DNA of 64,000 bases from Vicugna vicugna (GCA_013265495.1 MU058257.1:1319262-1383261), one strand, 5' to 3'; shown: positions 21,601 to 36,339, counted from the stretch's first letter. The notes: a model not told the origin generated them from the sequence alone. Translations and numbers: made by a program.

Positions 21601-23391
21601 AGGGCTGCTCCAACTTCGCCAGTGTTCTAACACTATTACCAATGTCTCCCTGATGCGTAGAAATTGGAGGAAAAGGTTTCTAATCTGTGCCGGGGGGGGC
21701 TCTCTCTCTCTCTCTCACACACACATACGCAAACACATACACACATACATACACACACGTGCAAGTATAATAAACTTTCAGTTCATAATATGAATTTAAA
21801 GTAAACATAATACTATTTCTTATTTGTCTCGCATGGGACCAGCCAAGTGAAGTCTTTAATGTAATCTTTCCTAAAGGAGCACCATATTTCTGGTATAATG
21901 AACACAAAAATAAGAAGAAACCCAGCCTCTGGCCATTTTTATTCGGATCCTCTAAAAGTAAGTCAAACTGATAGACGCCCTTTGTCCAAGCTCTATCTTT
22001 TATTAGGAGTCAGTCGAATTCAAAGTCTTGTCGAAAAGACACATTAAATATTAATCAAAGTCCAGAGAATTTCAAGCGTCTATTCCATTATCTTAAATGC
22101 AACTCCAGACAAACCACCAAAAGCGAAGCTCTTTTCTTCCCCGAACCCTTCAACATAAATAAGCCTTTTAGTCTTTTCCCTTATGGTGTAACTCACTCCA
22201 AATGATGACACTATTTACAGTATCTGCTTTAAAAGGGCATAACTTCCATTCCTATTTCAATTAAAGCCACTGTGCAATTCTGCTTTCAAGAAACAATTAA
22301 CAGAGGAAAAAACCACTTCCCTCGCTCCAGCCTTTCCAGGGCTGGGTGGTGAAGACCCTTTCTTACCACTAGTGGCAGTGAAGTAATTATTTAATGTTAA
22401 GGTTCACTTCCTCGGGTGTAAATTTTGGTTTTAGTTGACACTAAAAAGAAACATCAATTTATTAGGAGATAAAACTTGTTCTCCAGTAATGGAGCAGCTG
22501 CATACATAAATTTATCACCATTTAATGTCCTCACACATAAAGCAGTTAGACTTTTCTGACAAACAGACTTGCCACCTAAGTGACAGTAGGCATTACGGGG
22601 ATGGTCTGGGAGAAGGGAAACAGAATCCAAGGCTTCCGTGGAAAACTCTCCGAGGAAACGTAAAATAAGAAGACTATGTGTTGGGCAAACACAAGGGAAG
22701 CTCTCTCCTCAGTGAGTTTGCAGGAAAGGAAATATTGCAAATTTTCTAGCCCTTGGTGAACCCCCCAGCACCCAGCCGGAGCTCTCCGGGCAGTGGACTG
22801 ACTTCGGGATGCCTGGAACTGAGGCTGCCTGGATTCGGAGCTGAAGACATCACAGTCAGCCCTAGCCGGGCATCACCTGACTTTCCTCATCAATACAGAG
22901 CAAGAGCAGCAGGTGAGCAGCTGCAACGATTTCCAATCACCGGCTGCCGGGGCCAACCTCCCCTTGCAGGAAACTAGAGCATCCGGAGTTTGCCTCTCCC
23001 CACAGGACCCCCTCGTTTTCAATACAAGGGAGAGAGAGATGTGGCAGAGGCAGCCAGGAGCACGTGGTTCCTGCTGTGCCCCCTCCGCCCCTACCCCAAC
23101 ACCACACCTGCTGGGTAGCCTCCGCCTCCAGGTGTTGGTTCTCACTGCTTTTGGTTGAGAATGTTTCACCCAGTTAACAGAGGAAGATTAGTCGAGACTT
23201 AAAACTTGCTCTAATGTATTTCTGGAATTTGTAATTCAGAGCGACAATGACCATTGTCATTTACAAATCACCTATTAGGTTCCAGGTACCACCCAAATTG
23301 CTGATTATCAAGGTGTGAAAAATGGTTGCTGCACTCAACAGTCAAGGAACAAAATTATAGATGAGATCTTAAGTCAGAAAGTAGATGTAGT

Positions 23392-24328
23392 AGAAGACGT
23401 AGATATTTCTCCAAAGAAGACATTCAGATGACCAACAAGCACAATCACTAATTATCAGAGAAATGCTAATCAAAGCTACAATGAGGTACTACCTCACATC
23501 AGTCAGAATGGCCATCATTAAAAGGTCTACAAATAATAAGCGCTGGAGAGGGTGTGGAGAAAAGGGACCCCTCCTACACTGTCGCTGGGAATGTAAATTG
23601 GTGCGGCCAGTATGGAGGACAGTATGGAGGTTCCTTAAAAAACTAAGAATAGAACTTTCATATGATCCAGCCATCCCATTACTGGGCATATATCCAGAGA
23701 AAACTCTAATTTGAAAAGATACATGCACCCCAGTGTTCTTAGCAGCACTATTTACGATAGCCAAGACATGGAAACAGCCTAAATGTCCATCAACAGATGA
23801 CTGGATAAATAAGCTGTGGTACACACACACACACACACAAAATGGAATACTACAGCCATGAAAGAATGAAATAATGCCATTCGCAGCAACATGGATGGAC
23901 GTAGAGATCATACTAAGTGAAGAAAGTTAGAGAAAGACAATTACCATGTGATACCACTTATATGTAGAATCTAAAGAAAAATGATACAAATGAACTTATT
24001 TACAAACCACAAATAGACTCACAAACATAGAAAACAAACTGTGGTAACCGAAGGGGACAGGGATGGAGAAGGATAAATCAGGAGTCTGGGATTAGCAGAC
24101 ACACACTACTGTATATAAAACAGATAAACAACATGGACCTGCTGGACAGCACAGGGAACTGTATTCCGTATCTTGTAATAACCTATAATGGAAAAGAATC
24201 TGAAAAAGAATACGTGTATATATAAATATATATGTGTGCACGACTAAATCACTTTGCTATAATTCTTGAAACTAACAACACTGTAAATCAACTATACTTC
24301 AATAAAAATAAACTTAAAAAAAAATAAA
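23392..24328 (+). mobile_element. 5'-truncated LINE-1 (ORF2 C-terminus + 3'UTR)
   Basis: ORF 23463-23714 ([14 protein letters not shown]...[12 protein letters not shown]) is the L1 ORF2 C-terminus; AATAAA and an A tail follow. Confidence 0.92.
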
Positions 24329-25356
24329 TGTATACTTTTTTGTGAAAATAACAGGAAGGAGTGACCAATTCTTCAGGAAAGGTAGAGAATTTTGGCCACG
24401 TGCGATTTTACAGACTCCAGGGACTTGGGATGGGCTTGGAGCGAGGGACGGGCGTTGGCCAGCTGTGCGATCGGCCCACATGGAGGCGAGGCAGGGCTGA
24501 GAAGCAGCGGCTCAGGGCTCCCCGACTGGATGCCGATGATTCTCAGAAAGGCAGAGACACCCAGCCCAGCCCAGCCCAACCCAACAGGACGGAGCGAGCA
24601 CACACACCTTCTAAAACTCCACTAAAGTCACAACAGAGAAATAAAAAGTCTTAAAACCACAAGGATAAAAAGAATGACAACGGAGGAGCCCAAAATAAAT
24701 GAATGATCCGATTTTAGAAGCTGGAAAGCTCCGGGATGAGACTTAGCAGGTGGGAAGAGGCGGACACTCAGCTTTCATCAGCGGAGACACTGGGGGGCTG
24801 TGGGGCCCCAGGAAGGCTCGGGACCTGAAGCCAGGAACCTCCGAAGATGGGGGGTCTGCCAGGGCAGAAGATGACCCTTTGGGCAGTTTTCCTTTAGACA
24901 ATTTCCCCCTTCTCCACCCTCAGAAACCGCAAGCCCTTTAAAGATGTCTGTGCATGTGTGTGTGTGTATACATATATATGCATAATATATGCATGTATTT
25001 ATATTAATTTTTGGACTCCCATGGCAGCAGCAATGGGGCAGCAAAGAAACTCAGTGGGGTAGTGTGGCCACAGGTGGACATACAGGTTGTCTGGGAACGG
25101 AGCATCTGTACGGGGACAATCTGACCCCACTGTCTGCAGGTGCGACACCACCGCACACAGCTCACGGCTCCACCCAAGCAGGGCAACACAGACCGCTGCC
25201 GAGCACAGGCCAAAGGGCCGTGGCTCACGCTTCTGACCACGATGCCGCCTCCCTCCAATGCTGCTGAGATGGTGCCTGAGCAGGGAGAGGGCAGGGCGGT
25301 GCAAGGCACATGGCCGGAGGCAGGAGGTCGGTATCACACCGCCAGGTTCCACTTCC

Positions 25357-25404
25357 TGTTTTTATGGCACAGCCATAAGTCCTGATGTTTTTATGGCACA
25401 GCCA
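25357..25404. repeat. 19-bp direct duplication with an internal hairpin
   Basis: TGTTTTTATGGCACAGCCA at 25357-25375 and 25386-25404. The first copy is extended to TTATGGC-ACA-GCCATAA. Confidence 0.85.
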
Positions 25405-27496
25405 CCATTTCAAACACTCTCTGCCCAGAAACAGACGGCTCAGGGTCAAACGACACGCCCTGATTTCTAAGTTGGAGCTAGCCGGGGCAGCCTGGGGGAA
25501 GGCCTCGAGCAGGCGCTCCCCCTGGAAGACGCAGGAGGGACCTGTGAGTCATGGTCAAGATTCCGCAGGAGGAGGCCCTGCTTCTACCCTCATGAGCCCC
25601 AGGGCAGGGTGCCTGGACTGCCCGGTTCCCCCTCAGAAGGAGCAGCCCCAGGAGCCACGGTGGCCAAGCTGGGCTGGGCTGCGGCCCCGCCCGGCTGCCA
25701 CGTGGGTGCTCCCGGTCCTCAGACCCACCCGCTGCGCTGGCTCAGTTCCTTGTCTCTCTGGTTTTCTGATGCTTCTGCACCTTTAATCTTCTTACTATAA
25801 ATACCTCCGCGAAGAAAAAAGGTGACAATGAGGGCTCCTCCTGCTCAATTTCCGCCTGTTAGCATCCTTTCAGCGGAAAAAAGGAGGGAAAAAAAAGCCA
25901 GCCCTTGAGTATGAATGCAACATGAAAAAAACTCCACGAAAACTCTGTGCTGAATCATGATTTCAGCTATGAAAAGACTCACGCTGAATTTTAAAATCTC
26001 ATTTTACAGCTACTTATTGACCAGCCTGGAGCGGCTGGGCGGGAGCCCGGGGAATGTCACGCTCCGGAACAGGCACCGTGGACGACAGAGATGCTTAGAC
26101 CTGGCTGGGATGATGAGGGTGAAGCCACGCAGAGCGCCTGTGTGGACCGGCCAAGGCCCCAGGGAGGAAGACACCCCTCTGCAGGCCAAGTCACACCCGC
26201 ACCCCAGCCCTCCGCACCGGTGTCACACTGCCTGCGCGCGTCCGCTGGCTGGACGGGCTCTGTCTGGGATGAGGCAGCGAGCTTGTCGTGGGAGGGACCT
26301 TGTCGCTTTCATCTTCATTCCCTTAGCGGTGACCCAGGATCGGACAAGTGAGCGCTCCCTGAGCCCGTTGAATCAGTAAGAACTTCTGGTCTAGGCTTTC
26401 CCAGGATGCGTTCCTCCTTTCTCCAAGAGTTCTGTGTCTGCACCTCTGAACACAGAACATCACGAGGACACACACAGTACTTCCCGCCATGAAGCCGACC
26501 AGAAAGGCTCCGCTCTGCTCAAATCTGCAAATTGCACAGTAAAACTTTCTATCCTGTATTTCCAAGACTTCCAAACTGGTGACTCATGTGAAAAGATCTG
26601 AGACCATCATGTGCTTCCTGCACAGGGCCCCCCACTCCAACCACACACCCAAAATGGAGCACTTATCTTTCATGGTTCTGATACCCAGAAAAGGATGACC
26701 TAAAACATGACAAAGCACGTCTAATACCATCACAGAAATGGGCATCAGAAAACGAAAAAAAGAATTCTCTTTATTGTGTTAGCTACGATTCTAACCCAGA
26801 ATTATTCAGATTCTGACCAAAACCCACAAGAAAAAGTACACTCTACATAATGACTAGTACGATAAATGTACGTAAATATACAACTGAGATAGAGATTATG
26901 AAATAAAACCATTTCTCCTTCTAATACATTCTAATATTTCCTATTCTTGTCTACCTCTTTCTCTGTAAAAGTTGCCAGGGCCAACCCTACTAAGATGACC
27001 TCACAGCCTGACAATGGGAGGTGACTCATGTTCTGAAATCTAAAAGTTGTCCATTTCTCATTTCATCTCAGGAGAGAAGTTTTGATATGATTCAAAGGCC
27101 ACAGAGAGTCTTTAAGACCCAACAGGTAGGAAAGAGCTTTCACGGAAAAAGAACCTAGAATCTTCCAGAACAGTCTCACATTTCTCCTCCCTTTGGCATC
27201 TGCACTCCCGTGGTTCTCAGCTAACTTCTGTGTGTCTGATTCTCTCTTCTCTTCCATTGCATGTTGCCCATTGGTTAAGACTAGCAGGAGGGAGGTGAGC
27301 CCAGAAGAAACAGAGGAGCAGCCATGCCAGGCCCAACTCTGGGCAGCCCAGGCTACTTTTGGAAAGGCCAGAGGGAGCCTGTCCTGTGTGCCGCAGCGCA
27401 GGGGCCAGAGCCTCCTCAGTGACGGAGTGTGCACGTGTCCCTCTACAACGCCGCCCAGCAGAACTCCGCCATGACGGAAGGGCTGAACATCCACAC

Positions 27497-27648
27497 AGCG
27501 TGGTCACCACTAGCCGCGTGGGTCTACTGAACCCTTGACGCGTGGCTAATTCAGTGGAGCAATTGAGTTTTTAACTTCATTTAATTTTAATTATTTGGCT
27601 ATTTAAGAAGTAAATGTGGCTGGTGCCTTCCATACTGGACAGTGCAAC
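27497..27648. mobile_element. hAT-Charlie MITE (MER3/MER33-like)
   Basis: ccactagccgcgtgg...ttttaattatt...aaatgtggctggtg...catactggacagtgca. Confidence 0.6.
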
Positions 27649-28489
27649 TTTTGAACCTATTCAAGGTGGGTTGAGAGATGAGGTGAGAAGGCTTAGGGGT
27701 GGGTAAGAATTTGGAGATCCTGACCCCAACCGTATCGTTCCATCAGATATTTCCAAGATTGAGGATTGAACTGTGGTGTGTGCGTTCTCTAGTCTTGAAA
27801 GAGAAACAGAGGTTACAGAACCAAAGGACCACAGAGTTTCAAAGGTGGGAATCTGTCATCAGTAACAAGCAGTTCCTCCCAACCTCACCTGTGGTGAAGG
27901 GTGTTCGCACAAACAGTGGCATGTGCTTCTGGAGACAGAGGAGCCAAGCATCTAGTTTGCTGTAAGCTTCTGGAAGGACCTAAGTCTAGATTCTGTTGTC
28001 ACTTAGCGGCTGTAAGACCCTGAGCAAGTTCCAAATGTTCTTTTTAGTCCCTATGCTGAGGGGCTGCTCTGACTAGGAGAGAGTTGCTGTGGTGTGAGGT
28101 GGGTGTGTGCGGTAGTTACTCACAAAACTCCACAGTGTGTGCACAGAGGCAGGTGTGTAAAGACTTAGTCAAGTTCAGGATAACTACCGAATAAATCACA
28201 GGTAGAAAGAAGGCTGACTGTATTTATTTCACATCTGTGTAACACCTGGAAAAAAGGCAGGTAAGCTGAAAGTTGCAGGACAGAGGATAATCCAAATAGG
28301 AATTCCCCAATTTACAACCTACAGTTATCCAATCCCCAAACCTAGAACACAGATGGCCCAAGTCAATTCTCCATGCTACCTTTTCCATTTGCATATCCAC
28401 AGTGAAAACAGCTGACACAGACATACGTATACACACATAGCAATGGGAGCTGTCGAGCTTCATCCACACACAAGACCCGCCCCAGGCAC

Positions 28490-28645
28490 CCAGCCCTCAC
28501 TGTTGTAGAAAGTGCGGCTGAGGGCGCACACTTAACAGATGAAGCGGTGAGGAGAGAAATGGAAAAGTCAAGTAACCGCCCAAGGGCAACAGCTGGCTGC
28601 TAGCGGGACAGGGATTAAAACGTGGCACGCACACTTCTAACCACT
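28490..28645 (-). mobile_element. MIR fragment
   Basis: ttaacagatgaagcggtgagg...aagtaaccgcccaagggcaacagctgg...gggattaaaac. Confidence 0.5.
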
Positions 28646-28736
28646 AGCCCACGGGCTTTACACGAGGAGTGGCTTTTATATGGAGTGCAGTTGTCCTAAC
28701 CTATTCACCCAGGAACTTGTGTTTAAAATAAGATAC

Positions 28737-29010
28737 ACAGACTCACAGACATGGGAAACAAACTCCTGGTTACCAGTGGGGAAAGTGGGTGGAGGAGGGA
28801 TAAATTGGGAGCTCGGAATTTGCAGACACATGTTACTACATATAAAAGAGATAAACAACAAGGTCCTCCCGTAGAGCACAGGGAACTACATTCAGTGCCT
28901 TGTTACAGCCTATGATGGGAAAGTATATATACATGTGTAACTGAATCACTATGCTGTACACCAGAAATCAACACAACACTCTAAACCAACTATACTTCAA
29001 TAAAAAAGTA
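28737..29010 (+). mobile_element. LINE-1 3'UTR fragment
   Basis: Same 3'UTR as other L1s in the window, with an AATAAA/A tail and flanking aaaat(a/g)agata repeats. Confidence 0.85.
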
Positions 29011-29439
29011 AAAATGAGATAGTATCTTAAAGCATCAAGGGCATGATGGCAGAAGTGAGAAATGTTGACTACAGAAGTTTTATAGAAACATACTTTAACT
29101 ATGTGAAGTATTTAATATAGGAGCAATCCACTCTTTATGATCTTAGCAATCTGATGAAATGATTAATGCAAATAGATGACCCAGCTCCATTAAGTAAGGT
29201 TCAATTATCATTTGAATAACTGCTGAGGAAGTTAGGGGATCATCCGATTTACTTTAAAAGAATCCCCAGATAACACAGGGAACACTGTTAGTTCTTAAAA
29301 GGAATAAGCTTTGTTTATTGGAAAGATTCACCACATTGAGCACATGACATAGTGTATGCTGAACTAACAACTCATCAAAAAACAAAATCGATTGAGCTCA
29401 GTATCCCCCAACTGCTTATATTCAAAAAAGAGTCTATGA

Positions 29440-29728
29440 CAAATTTTATTTACATCCCAGAAACAGACTCAAGGACGCAGAACACAAATTGTCATTACTG
29501 GGGGAAAGGGTGGCGGGCAGGGCTAAATTAGGAGTTTGGGATCAGCAGACACACACTATTATACATAAAAGAGGTAAACAACAAGGACCTACTGTAGAGC
29601 ACAGGGAACTCTATTCAGTTTCTGGTAATGAGCTGTAATGGAAACGGATCTGAAAATATTTTGTGTGTATGTATACGTGTAACTGAATCGCTTTGCTGTA
29701 CACATGCAACTACACTTCAATAAAAAGT
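29440..29728 (+). mobile_element. LINE-1 3'UTR fragment
   Basis: aaacagactc...ataaacaacaaggacctactgtagagcacagggaact...cttcaataaaaa. Confidence 0.85.
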
Positions 29729-31374
29729 CAGAGTTGAGAAAAGAAGAGTCTGCGGCTTGGTGCAAACAGCTCACCAGCACCACAGTCATCGCGAGCTGCA
29801 GATTCAACACTGCTGTTGGGGACGTTAAAAAAAATGCGCTAAAATCACGGGCAATTGAGGCTCTGAAATTAGATCTAACAAGGCGAGGAGCTGCTGTGTA
29901 AGTCACACTGCATTTTGCGGGCTGTGTTCTCACACTGAACAAGACACAGAGATTGCCTTTAAAAGGTATCATCTTCTGTCACTGTTTTTTGGTGTTCGAT
30001 GCAATTCCTTTCCGACAGAGCAAGAAAGCAAGAGGACAACAGAGTGGGCCCCAGACGTCCTGCCGACGTGGAAAGTGCCCGCTCCGTGTGGAGCTGCTGA
30101 CCAGCGGGACGGAAGGGCCGAGGAGCCGCTAGCCCACTGCAGCGCCCGCCGGAACAGGAGCGACCCCGCCTCTGGGGCCGAGTGAGGGAGCACACGGGGA
30201 AGGAAGACTTAACCACCACATGGGGTTCGTGTTTAGGCCTGAATCGGGAGACGCGTTATGAAAAAGAGAACTGAGTTAGCGTGACCTGGGCGAGCACTCA
30301 ACTGAAATTCAGTGCCAGGTGGGTAAGGGATGGATTCATTCCAACTTCACCACGGTGGGCGGTGAGGGAACGGCACCATGTCACACCCATGGGGAATAAA
30401 AAAATGAGTAGGACATGGTCACCAGAGGAGGAGAAGCAGGCGATGGCACTCATGTGCTGGTACCCACGCGAGTCCTCGCATGCCCCCAACAGAGCCTACG
30501 AGCCGCGAGCCGGGCACACAGAGGTGACCGGAGCAGGCGTTTCTTGTCCTGTAGAGCAACTGTACAATACATTTTAGCTGGCACTGTGTTACGGGCCAGG
30601 AAGGAGAAAAACAGGGTGTACCCGGATTGAGGCAACACTCACCCGAATTCTGACTTCATGAAATAGGTTGAAATGATTAGTGAAAAACTCCACAGAACAC
30701 TGACCTGATAGGCTGGAAGGGCCCACAGCAACGAAAGTGCCCTCAGATGGCCCTGAAAGTGACCATCCTGGCCACACCCTTCAGACGGGACTGTGTCCCC
30801 CTCAAACCTGGGGTGAGCTGCTTGGAGAGGCCACTGCCACGTGGGGACTGAGACCCCATCACTTCCAGAGCTGGAAACGCATCTCAAACCGGCAGGTTGA
30901 GTTCTAAGGGAAAGCCAGGCATATAAAGCTAAGAACCATGTAAGACTCCACCTGAGCAGAACCAAACCCGGATTCTTCCTGATGCCCAAGAAAGGCAGCT
31001 TTTCACGGCACTGTGGATTCATGCAAATGCTTCTGTGATGATCAGGTAATCAAATTGAAAATCTTGCTTTTGACTTCAGAGACAACTGAGCTGTCCCCAC
31101 CAGACTGCAGATGACAGGGGTTTAAGGCCAGCGCCCAGGCTGGGACTCAGAGCAGCCACACCCCGGAAGGGCTGAGCCCTCATCCTGGAAGCTGCGTCTT
31201 GGGGAGAGGCACAGGGTTCAGGAGGACACTCCATGGGCTGGGATGGGAAGTCCCACAAAGAGCAGGATAGAACAGGGCAAAAGAGAAGGAGACTTTGAGA
31301 AGATCAGGAAAGGGCATGCAATAAAAAGATAACACAGGTGTGATGATGTGGTTGAATTAAAAAAAAAAGGAATG

Positions 31375-31470
31375 TTATTTACTTTACGTACAGTAGTTAG
31401 TATCTGCAACTCTCCAACTCCCAGTTTATCCCTTCTCACCCCTTCTTCCCCTGGTAACCTTAAGTTTGAC
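31375..31470 (-). mobile_element. Antisense L1 3'UTR fragment
   Basis: Reverse complement of the L1 3'UTR segment gttaccaggggaag...gggataaactgggagtt. Confidence 0.65.
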
Positions 31471-34400
31471 AATAGTTCAATAAAAAAAAAAAAGAAGAAA
31501 AACAAACAAAGAAATGTTAGTGAAAAAGGCTGAGACCCATGGTGCCCAGCTGAAGAAGAGAGAGGAGCAGGGAAGACACAGGAGACAACACCGGGGGCTG
31601 AGAGCCCCGAGCAAACTTTTTCTCACAGACTAAACATGTTCAGCCAAACAGTCCATTTCAACTACTCAGCCCTGCCTTTGTGGGGGACCAAGTACCGCAG
31701 ACAACGTCCCCCAGGATGGGACACACGGTCTGTGGGTCAGGCTTGGCAGACCCTGCGTTAGAGGTTTTCAGAGAGATCAGATCTGCTCAGGCACTGGTGG
31801 GGGGTGGGGTGGGGGCCCCCGGACGGCGGAGTCAGAATCAGGAATGCTCAGGGCAGAATCCGGACGGGAGGGTCCAGTGGGTGACGCCAACACACTGCAG
31901 TAAGGACTCCCTTTGTTCATACCACAGGGTTCCCCAGACAATAAATACCTGAGAGAAAGGTAACCGAGAGCAGAGTAATTATCTGGATTATTATTCCATT
32001 TGTTACTCTGCACAGTTATTATCTTCCTCATATATACAGAGTAAACAAACGGAGACCGGAAGGGTTTCAGCAGATACTGCACACCTCAGCCGGCCTGCGG
32101 AACGCCCTGGACGGCCCCCGCCGCCACTGCAGGCTCTCCCTAAAGCAGGGAAGTAGGGGCTTGCGGAAGGCTCTGTATGCAAAACAAAGAACCCACACAA
32201 TGAAGAAAAGGCTCGCTCTGCCTTTGACGGGCTTGTCAGAGAGCAGTGGGAAGGTTTCCGTTTATCAAACATGAGCTTTTTCCACGGAGCTGTTAACATC
32301 ACTGAGCACGTCGAAACAGATCACAGTTGACTTCTGTCTGTGAGTTCCAGGAATTAACCCCAAAGGGGCACTTCCAAGTCATTCAGGGCCATAAGGATAT
32401 GCTGACAGCACACAGACGCTGCAGTCTATCTGGATGTCCTAGGAAGGAGGATTCCAAAGCTTTCCACGATCAAAAGCAGCTGAGCTCTTCCCACCAGGAC
32501 GCGGGTCCATGTGAGACAGGGCTCCCCAGTCTGAGGCAGACGGAACTGGAGGCCGGAATTTTTTTTTTTAAACTTTGAGAAACATGAAAGCAAATTCCAG
32601 CCACAAGCTTTACAGACATTTTACAGCCACTGCTGAAGATGATCTGTAGTTTCACTGAGTGCAAACAGCCTAAAACGACTTAATCAGAAAGAATGGTGCT
32701 TTTTCAAAATTCACAAAGTACTGTTTCTTCATTCTCTCCTCGTTGGATGGACACACACACACACATTTTTATAGTCCTTTGTTTGGGTTTAAAAACAAAA
32801 AGGGCACTTAGTAGGATTTCTGAAACAAACGGACTGAATACATCCATAGAAGTTATCAAGTCGCCAAATGGAAAGTTTCCAAGAGATCACCCGGCCTTGA
32901 CCCTTGACCTTAGCCAATTGAATATGTTACTTAAAACAGATAAAAGTCTTTTTCTCCCCTTAAAGATTCTATAGCCCCCATCAGAATCCCATTCTAACAT
33001 TTCATCAAGTTCTTTCTAAGATATAGACCAAAAGAAAAAAAAAACAAACAAAAAACCCTCCTTTAATTTAAACTCATTTCATCCTTATTTTGGCCTCTAG
33101 AAGAGTAGGAAAAAAAAAATGGTCAGACTCAGCCTCGTAAAACCCTTTGTGGTTCTGAGAATAAGAATGGGACCTCCATCCAGCTTTCTCTTTACAGGCT
33201 GAGAGAATCTCCGTTCTCTAACTGAATGAAGCCCCCTCCACCCCTCCAGGCCTGCAGCTGAAGCCAGCCAGCCCCTCCACTCCCCTTTCCATAAGTGGAC
33301 ATCACCCTGCACGGTGGCCTTCTGTCACCTCCAGCACGCCAGAACATTGTTATCTTAAAGTCAGGAAAATGAGATGCTTGAAAAGCCAGACTGTGTTTTA
33401 CTGAAACAGTACTGAGTACCCAGCATTCAGTGAGGCACTGTATGCGGGCAAACGTCATCGTGGCTCAAGAGGGAAAACTGCTTTTTCACGAGGATAACTC
33501 CACCCTTCCCGTCTCTGTCCCATGCCCTCCGCCACCCTCCTGCGGTCACGCCGCCCCCCCTGCCCCTGTTCGCTTGGGGGAGTCCCTGGGGCATCTGCAC
33601 CTGCGTTGTTTTCCTCTCACATCATGAGTGCCTCCTGGTTGATTTATCTCAGCTTAATAAGCTCTCCTTGACCTTCCTGTTCAGCTGAGTTACAGATACC
33701 AAGTTCCACCTCCACCCAAGCCGTGCGAGAGCCACGCGGTTCCACTTCCCCACAGCAGCTTAGTAAATGTTGCTCACTAGCAATTATTCATCCAGACCTC
33801 ACCTCCCGAAGGTCTGCTGATGACAGAGGATCCTTAGCCCCAAATGATACTGAGCACCTTGGGGTCCCTGAGAACGTCCACCATCACTGCTGGCCTCAGC
33901 CACACGTGGGGGTGTGGTGAGCTGAAGCACCAGGCTGCACGCGGTGCCTCGCACAGTTAGGCTCCCAGGAAAGCCATTCCACACTTAAGAAGAGCACGGA
34001 ATGGTTTGTGGTTTCATGAAAAGGTGCTCCATGAGTGACAAAGCTTCTTCATTCTCTGAAGATGTATTTTTTAAAAAACTCTCAAGTCACGAAATTACTC
34101 TTACGGTTAGTAGCAGAAAATGGGGGGGGGGGAAAAAGCCAAATTCAGGCCAATGGAAAAAAGAACACCTTCAGAAGTGAAAAAATCAGCAAGCACATCG
34201 AAAGCGTAACCAAGGGAACGAGAAACACGTCTTCCCGAAGGGCAGTTGATCTGGGGTACAATCTAAATGCGCTCTGCCGCCGTCACACAGAGCAGCTTGT
34301 CTCTGGGTGGACACGCCTCTCCCTCAGTAATGGCAGGTAGCTGTATAAGACTTAGGGATTTCTAATTTGTTTTCTAATTTAATTAGTTTAATAGCCACAT

Positions 34401-36339
34401 ATCTGTGTCCTTTGGTCCAACAACAGACTCTTGGTACTAACTGAAATGTCCCCTGACCCTGTGTCCTGAAATCATGTACCACCATCAACAGAAGGGACTG
34501 CCCTTTGGCCTTCACTGCTCCCCGGGGCGCAAGAGGATTATGTTGAACATGGACCTTCTGGGGCAAAGGTCACGTCACTGGTAATGGCTTGATGTTCGGT
34601 TTTCCTTCCCTTCCTTTCTCCTTAATGAAAAAGCTGAATGTTTGACAGACTGTAACATGTGAGCTTTCTTCATTTTATAGCTTTGGTTTCGGCTGCCGAA
34701 ATAGCGTTCCGAGATCTGTAGCTTAAATATTTTATGAAAAATGCCTCCTCCAATAGAAACGTTAATAATTTAATGCACCACAGACGACACTCTATGTTTC
34801 AGGAATGGTTATTTAGTGGCACCTTTGTATTCGGTCTGAAAGTGCAGTACATCACCCCTTGATGCACAGTTTTCTTTAAAATGGTGGCGTTTCCCTGCGA
34901 AGTTAGGTTAGTATAAAAGATGTATTAGTAAGTTCCTATTTTTTTTCTTTAATCCAGAGGCCTGAAGGCATGTTTTTGGGCTGTGCCAACACAAGTTGCC
35001 AAAGCTTGGTTCTGACGTTAAATATTCAAGCCCACACGTTGCTGCGTGGTTCCGTCCCGCCAAACCCTTTCTGAGACCTCGGGGGACATCTCTGGGAAAG
35101 GCCAATGACTTGTAAGTCATCTTGAGGTGACGTGCGTGGCTCCGACCGTCCTGAAGGGCCCCAAGTGGGGGCACTGGCCCCGAGGCGGCTACTGAAAGGG
35201 CATCGATAATCCACACCCGTGTCCTGATGTCGTTCTGCCAGTCGGGTGCCTAAGACGTGACGGTCGGTAACATATTTCAAATGTGGTTTGCTTTTGTCAT
35301 TTCAACACCCCAACTCCCACTTCTGTGTTTTCTTTCATCCAAGAACTTCTAACAGTTTGAAGCATTATGACACCCACACAGAAAACTCTCTCAGTGATTC
35401 CTGGTGGTGCTGGCACCCTAATCACAACACCGACAAAGCCACATTCCTCTACAAGGTGGCCCCGTGGAAATGCACTTAACAGATCATGGCTTAACACTGC
35501 CTGCATTGAATGTCTGCTGCCTCGATGACGAAGAATTCTGAAATGCACACCGCGGAGCCTTCTCTGCTCCACGGGCTCTTTTTCGCACTGAATTTGGGGG
35601 CTGAACTCCACTGAGGAAAAAGCCTCTTCCATACCCAGACTTGCCCCTACGTGTAGGAGTTCAGTTCACCAGCTACGTTTCAGAATTAATCTCAGACCAA
35701 CTGGGGCGAGGCGGTCACAGAAAGGAACAGCTGCTGAAAATTCAGTTTCTATGTACTCTGCGTTGCAGGAGACACACAGACGAGTCGTGCATCTTTGCCT
35801 TCCAGAGGCTCACCACCGCAGGGGAGGGCAGCACAGAGCAGGGCATGGGCGGACGCTTGGCTTCCCTTGATGGTGACAAAAGGAGACAGGAGAGAGCCTG
35901 GGAGGAGACCTGCAGGAGACGCCAAGGGAAGCTGGATAGCCTGGTGATAAACTTGGAGTTAAAAGTTCAAGTTTTGTTTTGACCTGAAGAACAGAGCAAG
36001 GGAGCTACGAAGTGTGCTGACCTAATGGCGACCATGTGGCACTCACGCCCAAGGACAGAGCCAAGCTCCTCAGCTGCCTCTGCGCGACGTCTCCGCCAGC
36101 CTCAGCGGTCAGGGAGAGTCACCGCATCCTCCACACGGCCTCGACCGAACCCTGGGGGGCAGCTGCGAGGCGGCCAGCCCAGAGGAGCCCCGACCAGACG
36201 CAGTGAAGTGAGGTTCACCTTCTGTGCGACACGAACCAGCAACACTGTGTTTGTTCACAGCATCCTTACAAACACATCCCATGCACTCATTTTAAGTCCA
36301 GCACTGTTAGGCAACGTTTAGCTTTTAAGAACTGGTTTA

